DNA of 64,000 nucleotides from an uncultured Chloroflexia bacterium (GCA_963797095.1 CAWCNY010000003.1:992001-1056000); one strand, 5' to 3'; shown: positions 1-10,131, counted from the first letter of the stretch. Numbers and translations: made by a program. The notes: generated from the letters alone by a model not told the origin.

Positions 1-712
1 TCAGGCGTTAACAATCGCACACTACGGGCAAACGAACTCTTGCCTACCACGTCAAAGATGAGGTCATAGGTCTAACGGCTCCTGGTGAAGTCTTGTTGCG
101 TGTAATCAATAACCTGGTGTGCGCCAATCGAGCGCAGCATGTCCAATTTCCCTGTGCTGTCCACGCCCGTGACGACAGCCCCAAAGTAGCTGGCGATCTG
201 CAGCGCATAAGTGCCTATGCCGCCACCCGCACCAATGATCAAGACCCTTTGTCCGCGCTGTATATTGGCTTTTCTGACCAGATAGGCTGCATCGAGGCCG
301 CCAACAGGCAGGGTGGCGGCTTCCTCACAGGTCATATTGGAAGGTTTTATTGCCAGCACCCCGCTTCCAGGCAGACAGGCGTACTCAGCATGGGCACCCA
401 AACGAAGACCGCACCATGCAATAATTTGGTCACCCTTCCTGAACCGTGCGACCTCCTTGCCGACCGCCTCGATTGCCCCGGCTAGCTCCTGTCCGAGAAT
501 GACGGGTTTTGGTCTTATGCGGCCCAGATAAATCCGTAAGGGAAGCTTGAGCGCGATTGGAACTCTCAGGCCTCGAAGCTCGCATTCTCCTGATGTTATC
601 GTCGTCGCACATATTCTTATCAGCACTTCGTTGTCCTTCGGAGCAGGTTTTGCCACCTCCTGGAGTTGAAGAACTTCGGGTGGCCCGAATTTTGTGAGGA
701 CATTGCTTTCAA
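1..712 (-). pseudogene. Degraded NAD(P)-dependent MDR-family (quinone oxidoreductase/ADH-like) gene; runs off the window start
   Basis: GGAGG then TTG at 712. Reads MKA(AT)VLTKFGPPEVLQLQEVAKP with one base missing at codon 4. In-frame TAG at 72-74, after which homologous sequence continues (TYDLIFDVVGKSSF). Paralog of 746..1711. Confidence 0.85.
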
Positions 713-745
713 ACAGATGCCTCCATGTCGTTGGGCTTCGTTCTT

Positions 746-1711
746 CTATTCCATAGTGATGACGACTTTGCCTTTGACGCGACCTTCTCCAAGATACCGG
801 AGCGCTTCGGGAACCTCGCTCAACGAAAACCGTCTATCAATGGCCGGGACGACTTTACCTGCTTCATAAAGCTCCGTTATATGAAGCATATCTTTCAGAT
901 TTGGTTGAACCACGAGGACGCGTATCTTCCTGGTGGTGATTCTTCTAATCAGTGGTCCCAGGAGCAAGATCTGGAAAAGTGTGGCTACAGAACCTCCGAC
1001 GGCGTAATAACTTCCATTGGGCCTTAGCGCCCGCTTGCAGGCGAAAACCGAGCGATACGCGATAAGATCAAGTATCAGATCATACTGTTTTCCATTCCTG
1101 GCGAAGTCTTCCCTGGTGTAATCAACGACGTGGTCTGCGCCAATCGAGCGCATGAAGTCGAGCTTGGCTGTGTTATCCACTCCCGTCACCTCGGAGCTGT
1201 ACAGTCTGGCAAGCTGCACTGCAAACGAGCCTGCACCGCCACCAGCGCCGTTAATCAAAACCTTTTGCCCCGGCTGGACCTCTCCTTTATCGCGGATCCC
1301 TTGCAGGGCGATCACAGCCGCTTGCGGAATGGCCGCTACTTGCTCGAATGTCATACCGGCCGGTTTCAACGCCAGGGACCTCTCACGAGCGCAGACATAC
1401 TCGGCAAAACCACCCATCCGGCCCAGGATATCTCCGAAGACTTCATCGCCTGGCTGAAATCGCCTGGCGTTGCTGCCAACCGCCTCGATCCGCCCGGCTA
1501 TATCCGACCCGAGTATGTGGCGACGCGGCCGTAGAAGCCCTCCGATGCGGACATACGACGGCTTGCCCACCAGCCCCTCCCAGTCGGATCTATTCACAGA
1601 TACCGCCCGAATCTTGATCAGTACTTCATCGCCGGTAGGGGTAGGCTTTTCTACCTCCTGGAGCTGGAGAAGATCGGGTGAGCCGTATTTTGTGTATACA
1701 ACCGCTTTCAC
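746..1711 (-). CDS. NAD(P)-dependent MDR-family oxidoreductase
   Basis: MKAVVYTKYGSPD start, GSDIAG, INGAGGGAG nucleotide-binding motif, GRVKGKVVI C-terminus. Confidence 0.9.
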   Translation of the reverse strand: MKAVVYTKYGSPDLLQLQEVEKPTPTGDEVLIKIRAVSVNRSDWEGLVGKPSYVRIGGLLRPRRHILGSDIAGRIEAVGSNARRFQPGDEVFGDILGRMGGFAEYVCARERSLALKPAGMTFEQVAAIPQAAVIALQGIRDKGEVQPGQKVLINGAGGGAGSFAVQLARLYSSEVTGVDNTAKLDFMRSIGADHVVDYTREDFARNGKQYDLILDLIAYRSVFACKRALRPNGSYYAVGGSVATLFQILLLGPLIRRITTRKIRVLVVQPNLKDMLHITELYEAGKVVPAIDRRFSLSEVPEALRYLGEGRVKGKVVITME

Positions 1712-1714
1712 GAA

Positions 1715-1996
1715 TTACCTCCGGGGTTGCTTTGATTCGGGCCTTTCGGCTGGGTCGGATCTGACACGATTGACCGAGACTAAGGGCATTCCTAAATCTC
1801 GCACTTTCCTTAGCAATCCATGCAACGCAGCCTGATCGATCGCCGTGCCAGTCAGGAGAGTTTCGCCGTTGTTTTCCAGGGTGACGGTCAGGCCCTCAAA
1901 CCAGTCTGTCCATTGACTCCCCAGGTGTCCCTTGACCCTGATTTGATAGGCCGTGGGTTGGCCTGGATCCGTTTCTGTGCTGAGGTTGTTTGACAT
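1715..1996 (-). CDS. Small conserved hypothetical protein downstream of MalT-like regulator
   Basis: YQIRVKGHLGSQWTDWFEGL...DQAALHGLL motif; ends 3 bp before the next gene's start. Confidence 0.75.
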   Translation of the reverse strand: MSNNLSTETDPGQPTAYQIRVKGHLGSQWTDWFEGLTVTLENNGETLLTGTAIDQAALHGLLRKVRDLGMPLVSVNRVRSDPAERPESKQPRR

Positions 1997-2080
1997 TGGC
2001 GTACCTGTTATGACCCCGCATGACGCTCTACTACTTGCTAAATCTACAAGCAGCATAGCGTCACCATAGTGTTGGCGTAC

Positions 2081-2112
2081 AGACACTAAAGTGTTGTTCG
2101 GGGTGTTGTTGT
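2081..2112. promoter_or_regulatory. Candidate binding site of the MalT-like regulator
   Basis: ACACT-AA-AGTGT palindrome plus GTGTTGTT direct repeat between the regulator stop and the downstream operon. Confidence 0.4.
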
Positions 2113-2118
2113 GTGAGG

Positions 2119-4791
2119 TTACAGCAGGCCTAACTCGCGGGCGCGTGCTATCGCTTCGGTGCGTCTCTGGACCTGTAGTTTGTCAAAGATCTTTCGATTG
2201 TGCCCTTTAACTGTGTCGAGGGCGAGGTAGAGTGTCCTGCCAATCTCCTGGTTCGAGAGACCCTGGGCGATGAGTTGGAGCACTTCTAATTCCCGCCGGC
2301 TCAATGGCTCGATGAGGGGCTGTGGAGAGGAGGCGGTGAGGGAGCCGGGTGGGTGGAGAGGAGATTCGCCTGCGCTCATCCGTTTCTCAGCTTCAAATGC
2401 TGACAGGAGCTTACCCGCATAAGCTCGCATATTCCCGCGAACGGCCGCTTCGGCCAGTAATTGAGACATTGGAGTACCTTCATCGACGAAGGTGCGGGTG
2501 AAGCCTCCAGGCTCTGCCAGGGCCAGTGCGTCACCCAGCAGTTGCACAGCCTCGCTCTTGTCGCCATGAGCATGGAGGGCGATCGCTTGCAGGATCATCA
2601 CTTTGAGGCGTTCATCCTCCCAACCCCTCGCCTCCATCTGCTCTCGTACCGGCCCCAGCACTGCCAGCGCCTCGGACGTGTTGCCCTGGGCCAGATATAC
2701 GCGGGCCTGGCTAAGAGGGAGGTGGTGCGTCTGCGCGAGATGAGCGGCCGCCGCCAGATTGCCCTGGCGAAGGAACGTCAGCACTTGTGCGGCAGCAACT
2801 TCAGGGATACGAAACACGAAATCTTGCCGGTGCGCGGACAGGTCGGCCTGGGCCAGGATAGCCGTCGCGCCGTCCACATCTCCCTGGGCCAGTTTCAGGC
2901 GGGCAAGAAATACCTCACAGACAATGAACCTGTCAATAACCTTTTCATATTGCCGCGCCAGTTGATGGGCCTGCCGCCCGTGCTCCTCGGCGGCCTCCAG
3001 GTCGTTCCACTCGTAGAGGACGCGCGCCAGGCCAAGATGGGCTTCGTAGATAATCTGAAGCGGCTGATCACCTGCCATTTGCAGGACGTGCCGGTAGGTG
3101 TCAGCCGCCTGGTAGAGCTGGTTGTCGCCCTCCTGTATATTGCCCAGGCCGATTGTCGCCAGTATGGTGGTGAAGATATCGCCGGATGCCTGGCTGATGG
3201 AGATGGCTTCGGTAAGGGCCTGGCGAGCAGCGACACGGTCTCCCTGGAGGACGTAGGCGTACCCAAGCGTCCAGTTAGCGTTAGCGCGCAAAGACCGGCT
3301 GGTGGTGGGCAGGTACTCCAGGGCGCGGCGCGACTGGTAGATCATGGTCGCTGCATCGTACCTGGTGAGAGCCAACGTAGCCCTGGCGGCGGCGATTTGT
3401 CCGACGAGGTATGAGGTCCTGTCGCCCGCCTCGGTGCCTCGCAGGGCGGCTTCAGCAGCCTGGAGTTTCTCCTCTACTCCGGTCGTACGGCCGACAACCA
3501 GCGTCAACGAGCCATACTTTACCCACAACGAGGGCCTGGCATCCATCACAGTCTTTGGCAGAGACCCCAGCCACTCCAGCATCGAGGTAACCAGGCCGCG
3601 CAGATGGAGGGGAGTGCCTCTTCCTTCAATCAGACGCTCGGCGCGCTCAACATCGTTGGCGGCAACAGCATGGTGAAAAGCTTCAATGTCCAGGCTGTTG
3701 TCCTCGTACCATTGGCTGGCGCGAATGTGCAATGCAGCCACGCTGCTCACCCCTGCGGTATCCTGTTGCAGTCGCTGCCGCAGCAGATCGGCAAAGAGAT
3801 GGTGATAGCGGTACCAGCGCCGCTCGTTGTCCAGGGGAACGATAAAGAGGTTGGCGCGTTCGAGGTATGCCAGGGTTTCTTGCCCGGAGGCAGAGGGGTC
3901 GAGTAGAACGGCGTCGCAAAGGGGGCCGCACAGGCGGTCGAGGATAGAAGTGCGCAGCAGGAACGTCTGGACGCTTTGGGGCTGCTGTTGCAGGACTTCC
4001 TCAACCAGATAGTCCATTACGAAACGATGGCTGCCGGTGAAAGATTTGATGAAGCCGGTGGCATCTTTATGCCCCTGCATCGAGATCGCGGCCAATTGCA
4101 AGCCGGCGATCCAGCCTTCGGTGTGGGTTTCCAGCGCATCGATATCCTCCGCCGAGAGGTTCAGGCCCATAGACTGGTTGAGAAATCCGGCGGCTTCAGA
4201 GGGGGTGAAGCGCAGGTCTATGACGCGCAGCTCGGTCAATTGGTCGCTGGCGCGCAGTCGCGCCAGCGGTAGCTGTGGGTCCTCCCTGGTGGCGATGACC
4301 AGGCGCATTTGTGGTGGCAGGTGCTCAAGCAAAAAGGCGAGGGCCTGGTCAACAGGTCTGGAATCAATAACGTGGTAGTCGTCAAGTACGAGGGCGAAAT
4401 CGTGCGGGATGGTGGCTATCTCATTGAGCAGGGGAGTGAGGATCGATTCGGCGGGCGGCGGTTGAGGTGGCGACGCAAGGGCCGGACGGAGCAGGCCCAA
4501 CACCCATTCTCCAATATTGGGCGCAACCGTCCGTAAAGCAACGACAAGGTAGGTCAGAAAGCGTGCAAGGTCGTTATCCCCTTCGTCCAGAGACAGCCAT
4601 GCCACCGGCAGGTCGCAACCGGCCACCCATGCGCTCACCAGGGTGGTTTTGCCGAAACCTGCCGGGGCCGAGACGAGGGTCAGCTTGTGGTGCAGCCCCT
4701 CGTTTAGCCTCTTGATCAGGCGGGGGCGAGGGACAATCTTAGGCGGAGGTGGTGGGATGTAGAGTTTAGTGGTCAAAACCGGCGTGGACAT
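2119..4791 (-). CDS. MalT-like LuxR-family ATP-dependent transcriptional regulator
   Basis: APAGFGKTT Walker A, WLSLDEGDND, TPR-like middle, C-terminal LuxR HTH (LSRRELEVL...GLSNQEI). TATAAT lies 6 nt before the ATG, so it is probably leaderless. Confidence 0.93.
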   Translation of the reverse strand: MSTPVLTTKLYIPPPPPKIVPRPRLIKRLNEGLHHKLTLVSAPAGFGKTTLVSAWVAGCDLPVAWLSLDEGDNDLARFLTYLVVALRTVAPNIGEWVLGLLRPALASPPQPPPAESILTPLLNEIATIPHDFALVLDDYHVIDSRPVDQALAFLLEHLPPQMRLVIATREDPQLPLARLRASDQLTELRVIDLRFTPSEAAGFLNQSMGLNLSAEDIDALETHTEGWIAGLQLAAISMQGHKDATGFIKSFTGSHRFVMDYLVEEVLQQQPQSVQTFLLRTSILDRLCGPLCDAVLLDPSASGQETLAYLERANLFIVPLDNERRWYRYHHLFADLLRQRLQQDTAGVSSVAALHIRASQWYEDNSLDIEAFHHAVAANDVERAERLIEGRGTPLHLRGLVTSMLEWLGSLPKTVMDARPSLWVKYGSLTLVVGRTTGVEEKLQAAEAALRGTEAGDRTSYLVGQIAAARATLALTRYDAATMIYQSRRALEYLPTTSRSLRANANWTLGYAYVLQGDRVAARQALTEAISISQASGDIFTTILATIGLGNIQEGDNQLYQAADTYRHVLQMAGDQPLQIIYEAHLGLARVLYEWNDLEAAEEHGRQAHQLARQYEKVIDRFIVCEVFLARLKLAQGDVDGATAILAQADLSAHRQDFVFRIPEVAAAQVLTFLRQGNLAAAAHLAQTHHLPLSQARVYLAQGNTSEALAVLGPVREQMEARGWEDERLKVMILQAIALHAHGDKSEAVQLLGDALALAEPGGFTRTFVDEGTPMSQLLAEAAVRGNMRAYAGKLLSAFEAEKRMSAGESPLHPPGSLTASSPQPLIEPLSRRELEVLQLIAQGLSNQEIGRTLYLALDTVKGHNRKIFDKLQVQRRTEAIARARELGLL

Positions 4792-4931
4792 GGATCAATT
4801 ATAGAACACGCCCAAAGTTCAAAAAGCACCCCTCGCGCCTATGTGCTACGAATGCAGTACTTCCCTTGGCGATCATGCCTGTCGAGTAGCATAATGGAGG
4901 CGGTAGATAACTACGGAAGGGGGCATGAATT

Positions 4932-5000
4932 ACACCCATTTGAGTGCCAAAACAAGCACTCAAATGGGTGTTGACAGGTTGCGTGTACAGGGGTTACAAT
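4932..5000 (+). promoter_or_regulatory. Perfect 16-bp inverted repeat abutting a sigma70-type promoter
   Basis: ACACCCATTTGAGTGC-8nt-GCACTCAAATGGGTGT, then TTGACA(4971)-18-TACAAT(4995). Confidence 0.7.
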
Positions 5001-5071
5001 GCTGTTTTATAGAATAGCACTTATGTCCGCAGAGACACGCAGTTTTAGAAATTATGATTTAGGAGAATTAG

Positions 5072-5275
5072 ATGAATAAGAACGCGATGCTTGAGATCAA
5101 TAGACATGGCGAAGTGCTGGGTAAGAACGGGGGGCCAATCGGTGGCGGCGACGAAGCCGGCGTGTTGAGTGTTTGGTACTTCAATGATTGGAAGGGCGTG
5201 GGCGTCTTGCCCCCAATGGAGGACGAAGACGGCACGGCACTGATTTTGATGGAGCGTCTCAATAAAGGCGAGTAG
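5072..5275 (+). CDS. Small hypothetical protein (67 aa)
   Basis: AGGAG RBS and upstream promoter. Confidence 0.5.
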   Translation: MNKNAMLEINRHGEVLGKNGGPIGGGDEAGVLSVWYFNDWKGVGVLPPMEDEDGTALILMERLNKGE

Positions 5276-5578
5276 GTTGCTTGCCCATCAAGAAATAGGG
5301 GAGCGCGGAACTAGCCTGCCTCTCCGACAAAGAGCACGCGCATAGCCGCGAGCTTTTAGCCACTCGCGGCTATAGACCGTATGGATAAAGACATGAGCTC
5401 GATATATCGAATGTTACTTGTAACATTCACCAGCGTCAACAGAGCTATCAACACAGTCCAAACGGTCAACCACTTGCGTGCTTCCTGCTGTAATCTTGAG
5501 TTGTAGTTCGTCTGTTCCGTGATGTTCAATTACCCCATCGACAGACTGCTTAGTGCGTATTTGTGAAGGAGGATATCC

Positions 5579-5776
5579 ATGCCAGAATCCAGTGCTGCCG
5601 ACCCGACGCCGCCCCCATCAAAAACCAATGTCGATGAAAGAGTAAAACCACCCGCCTCAAATGTGGGGCACGATGAACGTGAATGGAGCATAGATGAGGA
5701 AGGTGTTGTGGACGTGCCTAGCGACCACTCCGACCCCGATTTCAACGCCGATCTCGATCCGACCGACGCGCCCTGA
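5579..5776 (+). CDS. Small acidic hypothetical protein (65 aa)
   Basis: Strong AAGGAGG RBS 6 nt before ATG. Confidence 0.55.
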   Translation: MPESSAADPTPPPSKTNVDERVKPPASNVGHDEREWSIDEEGVVDVPSDHSDPDFNADLDPTDAP

Positions 5777-5909
5777 CCGGCTGCCTTATGGCTAATCCGC
5801 GGCGGAGACCCGCTGAAGCTGCCCGAGCCGTAATCAAGAGTGTTCGAGGCTGTGAACGATTGAGCCGGAATATCCCCTGAACGTTACCATATTGGCTCGC
5901 TCCACTGGT

Positions 5910-6443
5910 TCACTCGCCCCTGCTCTGCTCCCCGGCCCAAAGAACCCAATCGGGGGCGGATCCCGTTTTCTGCCCAAGCAGCAGATTCAGCTGTGCGGCA
6001 TGTCCCTGAACGTGGCGCATGTTGTACAGCAATAGCTCCGCGAAACTGACCTCGCCCCACCCAAATCGGCAGCTCCGCTCCGCCGCTTCGTCGGTCAGTG
6101 CCTCAATCGTCGCCCGGCATTTCTTGCGGCAATTGCCAAGGTAGGACTGGAGTTCCTCTTTCGTGTAGGCCCCTTCAGGCACCGGACCGTCCTCGTCCTG
6201 CTCAATCAGCGCGAAGGGAGCCGGGGGAGCGAAGCCTTCCTCGGCCCCGGTCAGGTAGAGGTCGAGCCAGAACAACGCGTGATAGACGATATACCAGAAC
6301 TGAGACAACTCCGGTCGCTCCGAGGGGTGTTCCCATAGGCGGGCATGCCACAATTCGTCCGGGCAGGCGTGAAGAGCGTTGCCGAGATCGTCAATAGCTG
6401 CTCCGAACTGCTGCCAGACGATCGTTCTCCAGGAGGTGTTCAT
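5910..6443 (-). CDS. DinB family protein
   Basis: QFWYIVYHALFWLDLYL and YNMRHVQGHAAQL motifs; AGGAG before ATG 6443. Confidence 0.85.
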   Translation of the reverse strand: MNTSWRTIVWQQFGAAIDDLGNALHACPDELWHARLWEHPSERPELSQFWYIVYHALFWLDLYLTGAEEGFAPPAPFALIEQDEDGPVPEGAYTKEELQSYLGNCRKKCRATIEALTDEAAERSCRFGWGEVSFAELLLYNMRHVQGHAAQLNLLLGQKTGSAPDWVLWAGEQSRGE

Positions 6444-6525
6444 TTCGAGACTCCTGTGGATTTCCGCTGTGGATTCAATCAGCATTGGTGGTCAGGCGCC
6501 GGTGGTTGCAGGTGAAGAACAAAAT

Positions 6526-7017
6526 CTACTGGTGGCAATAGACGTAGAAGATGTAATCCTGGGAGCTTGTCTCGACTCCCAGATCGTTGAGCAATCTGAG
6601 AATTTGCGCGCGGTGGTCTGTGCCGTGATTGACCACATGGAGAAGCACCTGCCACACGATGAGGTCTCTGTCCTCGTCCGGTTCTTCAATGGGCTTATCG
6701 AACAACATATCGTCCTGCAACTCTGCAAGATAATCACACATATTTTGCTCAACGCTGTCCCAGCGCTCGCGAATGATTTCACGGTCGTCAAAGTCAGCGG
6801 GAGGAAACGATTCTGAGGGTTCGATACCTCGCAGTTCGCTGAACCATACGTCATCCACGCCCATGAGATGGACGATCTGGTCTCGAACAGACCCGTGAGA
6901 GTAGCTTACGTTTTGCGTGAACTGTTCATGGGAAAGCTGAGTGATGTAACTGTCCCATATCTTGCGGTTTTCAGCGAAATGATAGCCGTAGAAATGGCGA
7001 AAGGCGTTTGCGTCCAT
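6526..7017 (-). CDS. DinB family protein
   Basis: GSVRDQIVH and HVVNHGTDHRAQ metal-binding His motifs. Confidence 0.9.
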   Translation of the reverse strand: MDANAFRHFYGYHFAENRKIWDSYITQLSHEQFTQNVSYSHGSVRDQIVHLMGVDDVWFSELRGIEPSESFPPADFDDREIIRERWDSVEQNMCDYLAELQDDMLFDKPIEEPDEDRDLIVWQVLLHVVNHGTDHRAQILRLLNDLGVETSSQDYIFYVYCHQ

Positions 7018-7157
7018 GTTGTCTCACTCCTCTCCTTATGCTATAGCAGTAGTCTCTCCAGGGCCTATCACTTCAGCCCTGTGACCAGGCGTCGTTGCAA
7101 CATTCCGGTTTTCGGCCTACCTTCCTCACACTCCATAAATTCCGTGCGCTTGCTTCC

Positions 7158-8378
7158 CTAAGCGACATCCGCAAATTCCACCGCCACTTTCGTATCGAGA
7201 AAGCCTTCCAGTCGCGCCGCCTCGGTCTCTATCTCTCTGCGAACCCTGTCGACAGGCGTGGCAAACATTCTGACCTTCACAAGCGTTTGACCCTTCCGCG
7301 TTTCGTACTCCCACACTCCCTCTATCCTTCCGTCCACAAGCACCACCGCGCTAATCCACGCCGCAGGACGAAACACCTTGTCTTTATGCTCGCTGACAAG
7401 CAACGGCTCAATGTTACGACTTTGCGTCAGCACATACACATCAAACATGGGCAGCAATCTTACGGTGTGCACATTCTGCACACCCTGCTCCACTTTCACT
7501 TTCTCTATAGATTCAATCGTCGAGGCGAGCACTGATGCCTTCCACCCCTCCACGTCCACCGTCTCCACTTCATCTCCCAGCGCCTCGAACATCTTCTTCC
7601 CGAAGGTCCTCCCTCCGCCGTTCCACCAGAAGCTGAAGTCTCGGGGTGTGGCTGGGCCGTACGTCCGCAGGTAGCGCTGTGTGACCTCCCGCTGCGCCTC
7701 CTTCGGCTCCCACTCCTTCCACTCTTTCAGCCTGAGCCACTTGCGGGGGTTCACAAAGGTCTTATTAGTGCCCTCACCAGGGCCGAAGCAAAGCTCGCCT
7801 CTGTACATAGACGGCTTCCAGAGCGTGCCCCAACTTGACCCAAGCAGCGCCCTGCTCACCTCAGGCGTCTTCATCCGCTCGGCCACGCCGTTCGCCAGCG
7901 CTTCCCGCGTCATCGGCTCATCTCCAGCGTCGCCAAGCACTTCAGGCACTGCCAGCAAGAACTCATCGTACTGCGCCTCGGTAAACCCAGATTGGAGGAA
8001 GTCGTGGAGCCGGTGCCGCCTCCCATCCGCGCAGCGAGCCGCCACCAGCAGGGGAAGGTCCTCGGCGGCAAACAGATGGATAGTGCCGCGCATGGCCCAC
8101 GTCTTGACGAGCGTGCGATCCTGCCACAGCGCCCTCTGCACATCTGCGCGCTTCAGCCCGTCCACCCGTGCCCCGATCGCCAACTCGGCAGCCGACATGA
8201 CCTGCGCTTGCACACCAAGCACGCGCTCAACTGCCCCGACAAAGTTGCGTTGCTCCAATCTCCCTGCCAGGAAGTGTTGCTCCAACCTCCCTGCCAGGAA
8301 GTGTTGCTCCAACCTCCCTGCCAGGAAGTGTTGCTCCAACCTCCACGCGCGCACCTGTGCCCATGTCAATGAAATCAT
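7158..8378 (-). CDS. AlkZ-like (HTH_42) winged-helix DNA glycosylase family protein
   Basis: GVQAQ (QxQ), TWAMRGTIH, YLRTYGPAT, LLPMFD motifs. Confidence 0.85.
   Translation of the reverse strand: MISLTWAQVRAWRLEQHFLAGRLEQHFLAGRLEQHFLAGRLEQRNFVGAVERVLGVQAQVMSAAELAIGARVDGLKRADVQRALWQDRTLVKTWAMRGTIHLFAAEDLPLLVAARCADGRRHRLHDFLQSGFTEAQYDEFLLAVPEVLGDAGDEPMTREALANGVAERMKTPEVSRALLGSSWGTLWKPSMYRGELCFGPGEGTNKTFVNPRKWLRLKEWKEWEPKEAQREVTQRYLRTYGPATPRDFSFWWNGGGRTFGKKMFEALGDEVETVDVEGWKASVLASTIESIEKVKVEQGVQNVHTVRLLPMFDVYVLTQSRNIEPLLVSEHKDKVFRPAAWISAVVLVDGRIEGVWEYETRKGQTLVKVRMFATPVDRVRREIETEAARLEGFLDTKVAVEFADVA
8249..8344. repeat. 27-bp in-frame tandem repeat (3 full copies plus partial)
   Basis: CCCTGCCAGGAAGTGTTGCTCCAACCT x3, encoding RLEQHFLAG. 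Confidence 0.95.
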
Positions 8379-8727
8379 CAGCTACAATTGGTCCTTTTGC
8401 GGCTCCCGCTCTCTACCATCCTGAGTAGCCAGGCCCAGTGCTTATTGCTTCATGCTCCCGACCTCTCAGCAACCCCACAAATTACCTGTTCGATCTCCTG
8501 GCTATTTTGCCCCCTTGAAATCGCGGCGTGAGGGCGTGCAGACCGCTGCAACGCAGGTCATTTCACGGCACGATTATAGCACAAAAGTTCTGAGAGATCA
8601 ATGATATGACGCTGCGGCCGCCCGCGCCGCTACGGTAGCCGCCTAGCAACGCGGCTTGCTTACACCTTGGCGTAGGTGACAGGCCGGGTCTGGCACTCAA
8701 TCGGACCTGTCATCCAATGTCTTGCGC

Positions 8728-10131
8728 TCAGGAAAGAGGCAGCTTAGTTGTGTCCGGACCCGTCAGCCACGATAGCAGCCAGTCGACCAACAGGTGCACA
8801 CGGTTACGCCAGGAGGGGATGTGCAATATGTAGTAACCGTGCCACATGATCCATGCCGGCAGGCCCGTGAACGTGAATGGCCCGATCTCGGCTACACCCG
8901 TGTAGTTGCCTAAAAGAGCGAGGTGGCCCAGGGGCTTGAACCGGAATGGTGGAGCCTCCTGTCCACGTACCGCTGCCGCGATGGCCTTGCCCACGTAGGT
9001 ACCCTGGTGTTCGGCGGCCTGCGCTGTGGGCGGAATGGGTTGGTGAGTGACCGCATCATATGCCCATGCTACATCCCCAACTGCGTAGACCTCGGGGTGG
9101 TTGGGCAGGCTAAGATGCTCGTTCACCATCAGCGCGCCGTTCGGAGCGTGCTCACCTGGGAGGGATTGGACAATGTCCGGGGCGGTGATGCCCGCTGCCC
9201 AAAAGAGCGTCCGGCATGGGATCTCACCCTTGTCGGTCAGCACCGCGTGGTCCGTGGCTCCCAACACAGATACGCCGGTCATGACCTCTATACCCTCGGC
9301 CTCCAGTGTTCGCCTTATCGCATCGGAAGCCTTTGGTGTGCCCATCGGCACCACTCGCGGGGCGTGGCCCACGACCACAATCCGCATGGGTTCGTGGGCC
9401 AGCCACGGGTAGCGAGCGAACATGCCTCCCACCAGGTAGGAGTGGACCGTAGCAGCCAGCTCAACGCCTGTATCCCCGGCTCCTCCCACTACAAAAGTCA
9501 GCAATTCCATCCTTTCTGCCGGGTCTGTAGCCCTGTGGGCGTTCTCTATGGCCTCGATGAGGTGGTTGCGTAGCTGCAAGGCGTCGGCGGGATTATGAAA
9601 GAGCAACGCGTGTTCGCGCAGACCGGGAAGGTCGGGGACGGCTGTTCTGCTACCGAGGGCGATCACAAGATAATCATATGGGCGTGGACCCGCAGTGGTG
9701 GTCGCCATCCGTTCCTCCAGGTCGACCCCTGTCACATCGGCATACAGCACATGGAAACTTCGACCCCTCTGGAAGGCTCGCACCGGAACCATCACGTCGC
9801 TTGGATTAGCCCTGCCGTTGGCTACAATCCAGAGGAGCGGAGCAAAGAGCAGGTCGTTGTTGCGGTCGGCGAGGAGAATGCTCGTGCTGGGCTCCCCTCG
9901 CAGCTGGCGGTCCAGCTCAAGCGCAGCGTGAAGGCCCCCGAAGCCCGCGCCCAGGATCAAAATGCGGTGGCGGGCTTCGCGGTACTCTGCCTCGGTCTGG
10001 CTGGTGTGCCACTCAAGCCTAAACAGCTGCCCGTCACTATTCCGCCTGCGGGCGAGAAGGACAAGACCTGCTAAATTTCGCCTGCGGGCGAGAAGGACAA
10101 GACCTGCTAACGCGGCAGTTCCCAGAGCCAC
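8728..10131 (-). CDS. Type II NADH dehydrogenase-like FAD-dependent oxidoreductase
   Basis: ILGAGFGG, VVGGAGDTGVELA, YAVGD, PPTAQAA. Start uncertain (possible CTG near 10152 after GGAGG). Confidence 0.85.
   Translation of the reverse strand: MALGTAALAGLVLLARRRNLAGLVLLARRRNSDGQLFRLEWHTSQTEAEYREARHRILILGAGFGGLHAALELDRQLRGEPSTSILLADRNNDLLFAPLLWIVANGRANPSDVMVPVRAFQRGRSFHVLYADVTGVDLEERMATTTAGPRPYDYLVIALGSRTAVPDLPGLREHALLFHNPADALQLRNHLIEAIENAHRATDPAERMELLTFVVGGAGDTGVELAATVHSYLVGGMFARYPWLAHEPMRIVVVGHAPRVVPMGTPKASDAIRRTLEAEGIEVMTGVSVLGATDHAVLTDKGEIPCRTLFWAAGITAPDIVQSLPGEHAPNGALMVNEHLSLPNHPEVYAVGDVAWAYDAVTHQPIPPTAQAAEHQGTYVGKAIAAAVRGQEAPPFRFKPLGHLALLGNYTGVAEIGPFTFTGLPAWIMWHGYYILHIPSWRNRVHLLVDWLLSWLTGPDTTKLPLS
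10039..10110. repeat. 36-bp in-frame tandem duplication
   Basis: LAGLVLLARRRN x2 with one nucleotide difference. Confidence 0.95.

Noticed and set aside
72-74. In-frame TAG as pyrrolysine or amber readthrough
   Set aside because: The same gene also has a frameshift, TAG serves as a normal stop elsewhere in the window, and no pyl genes are seen.
8249-10110. 27- and 36-bp repeats as CRISPR repeats
   Set aside because: Head-to-tail copies without spacers, in frame within genes, and no cas genes nearby.
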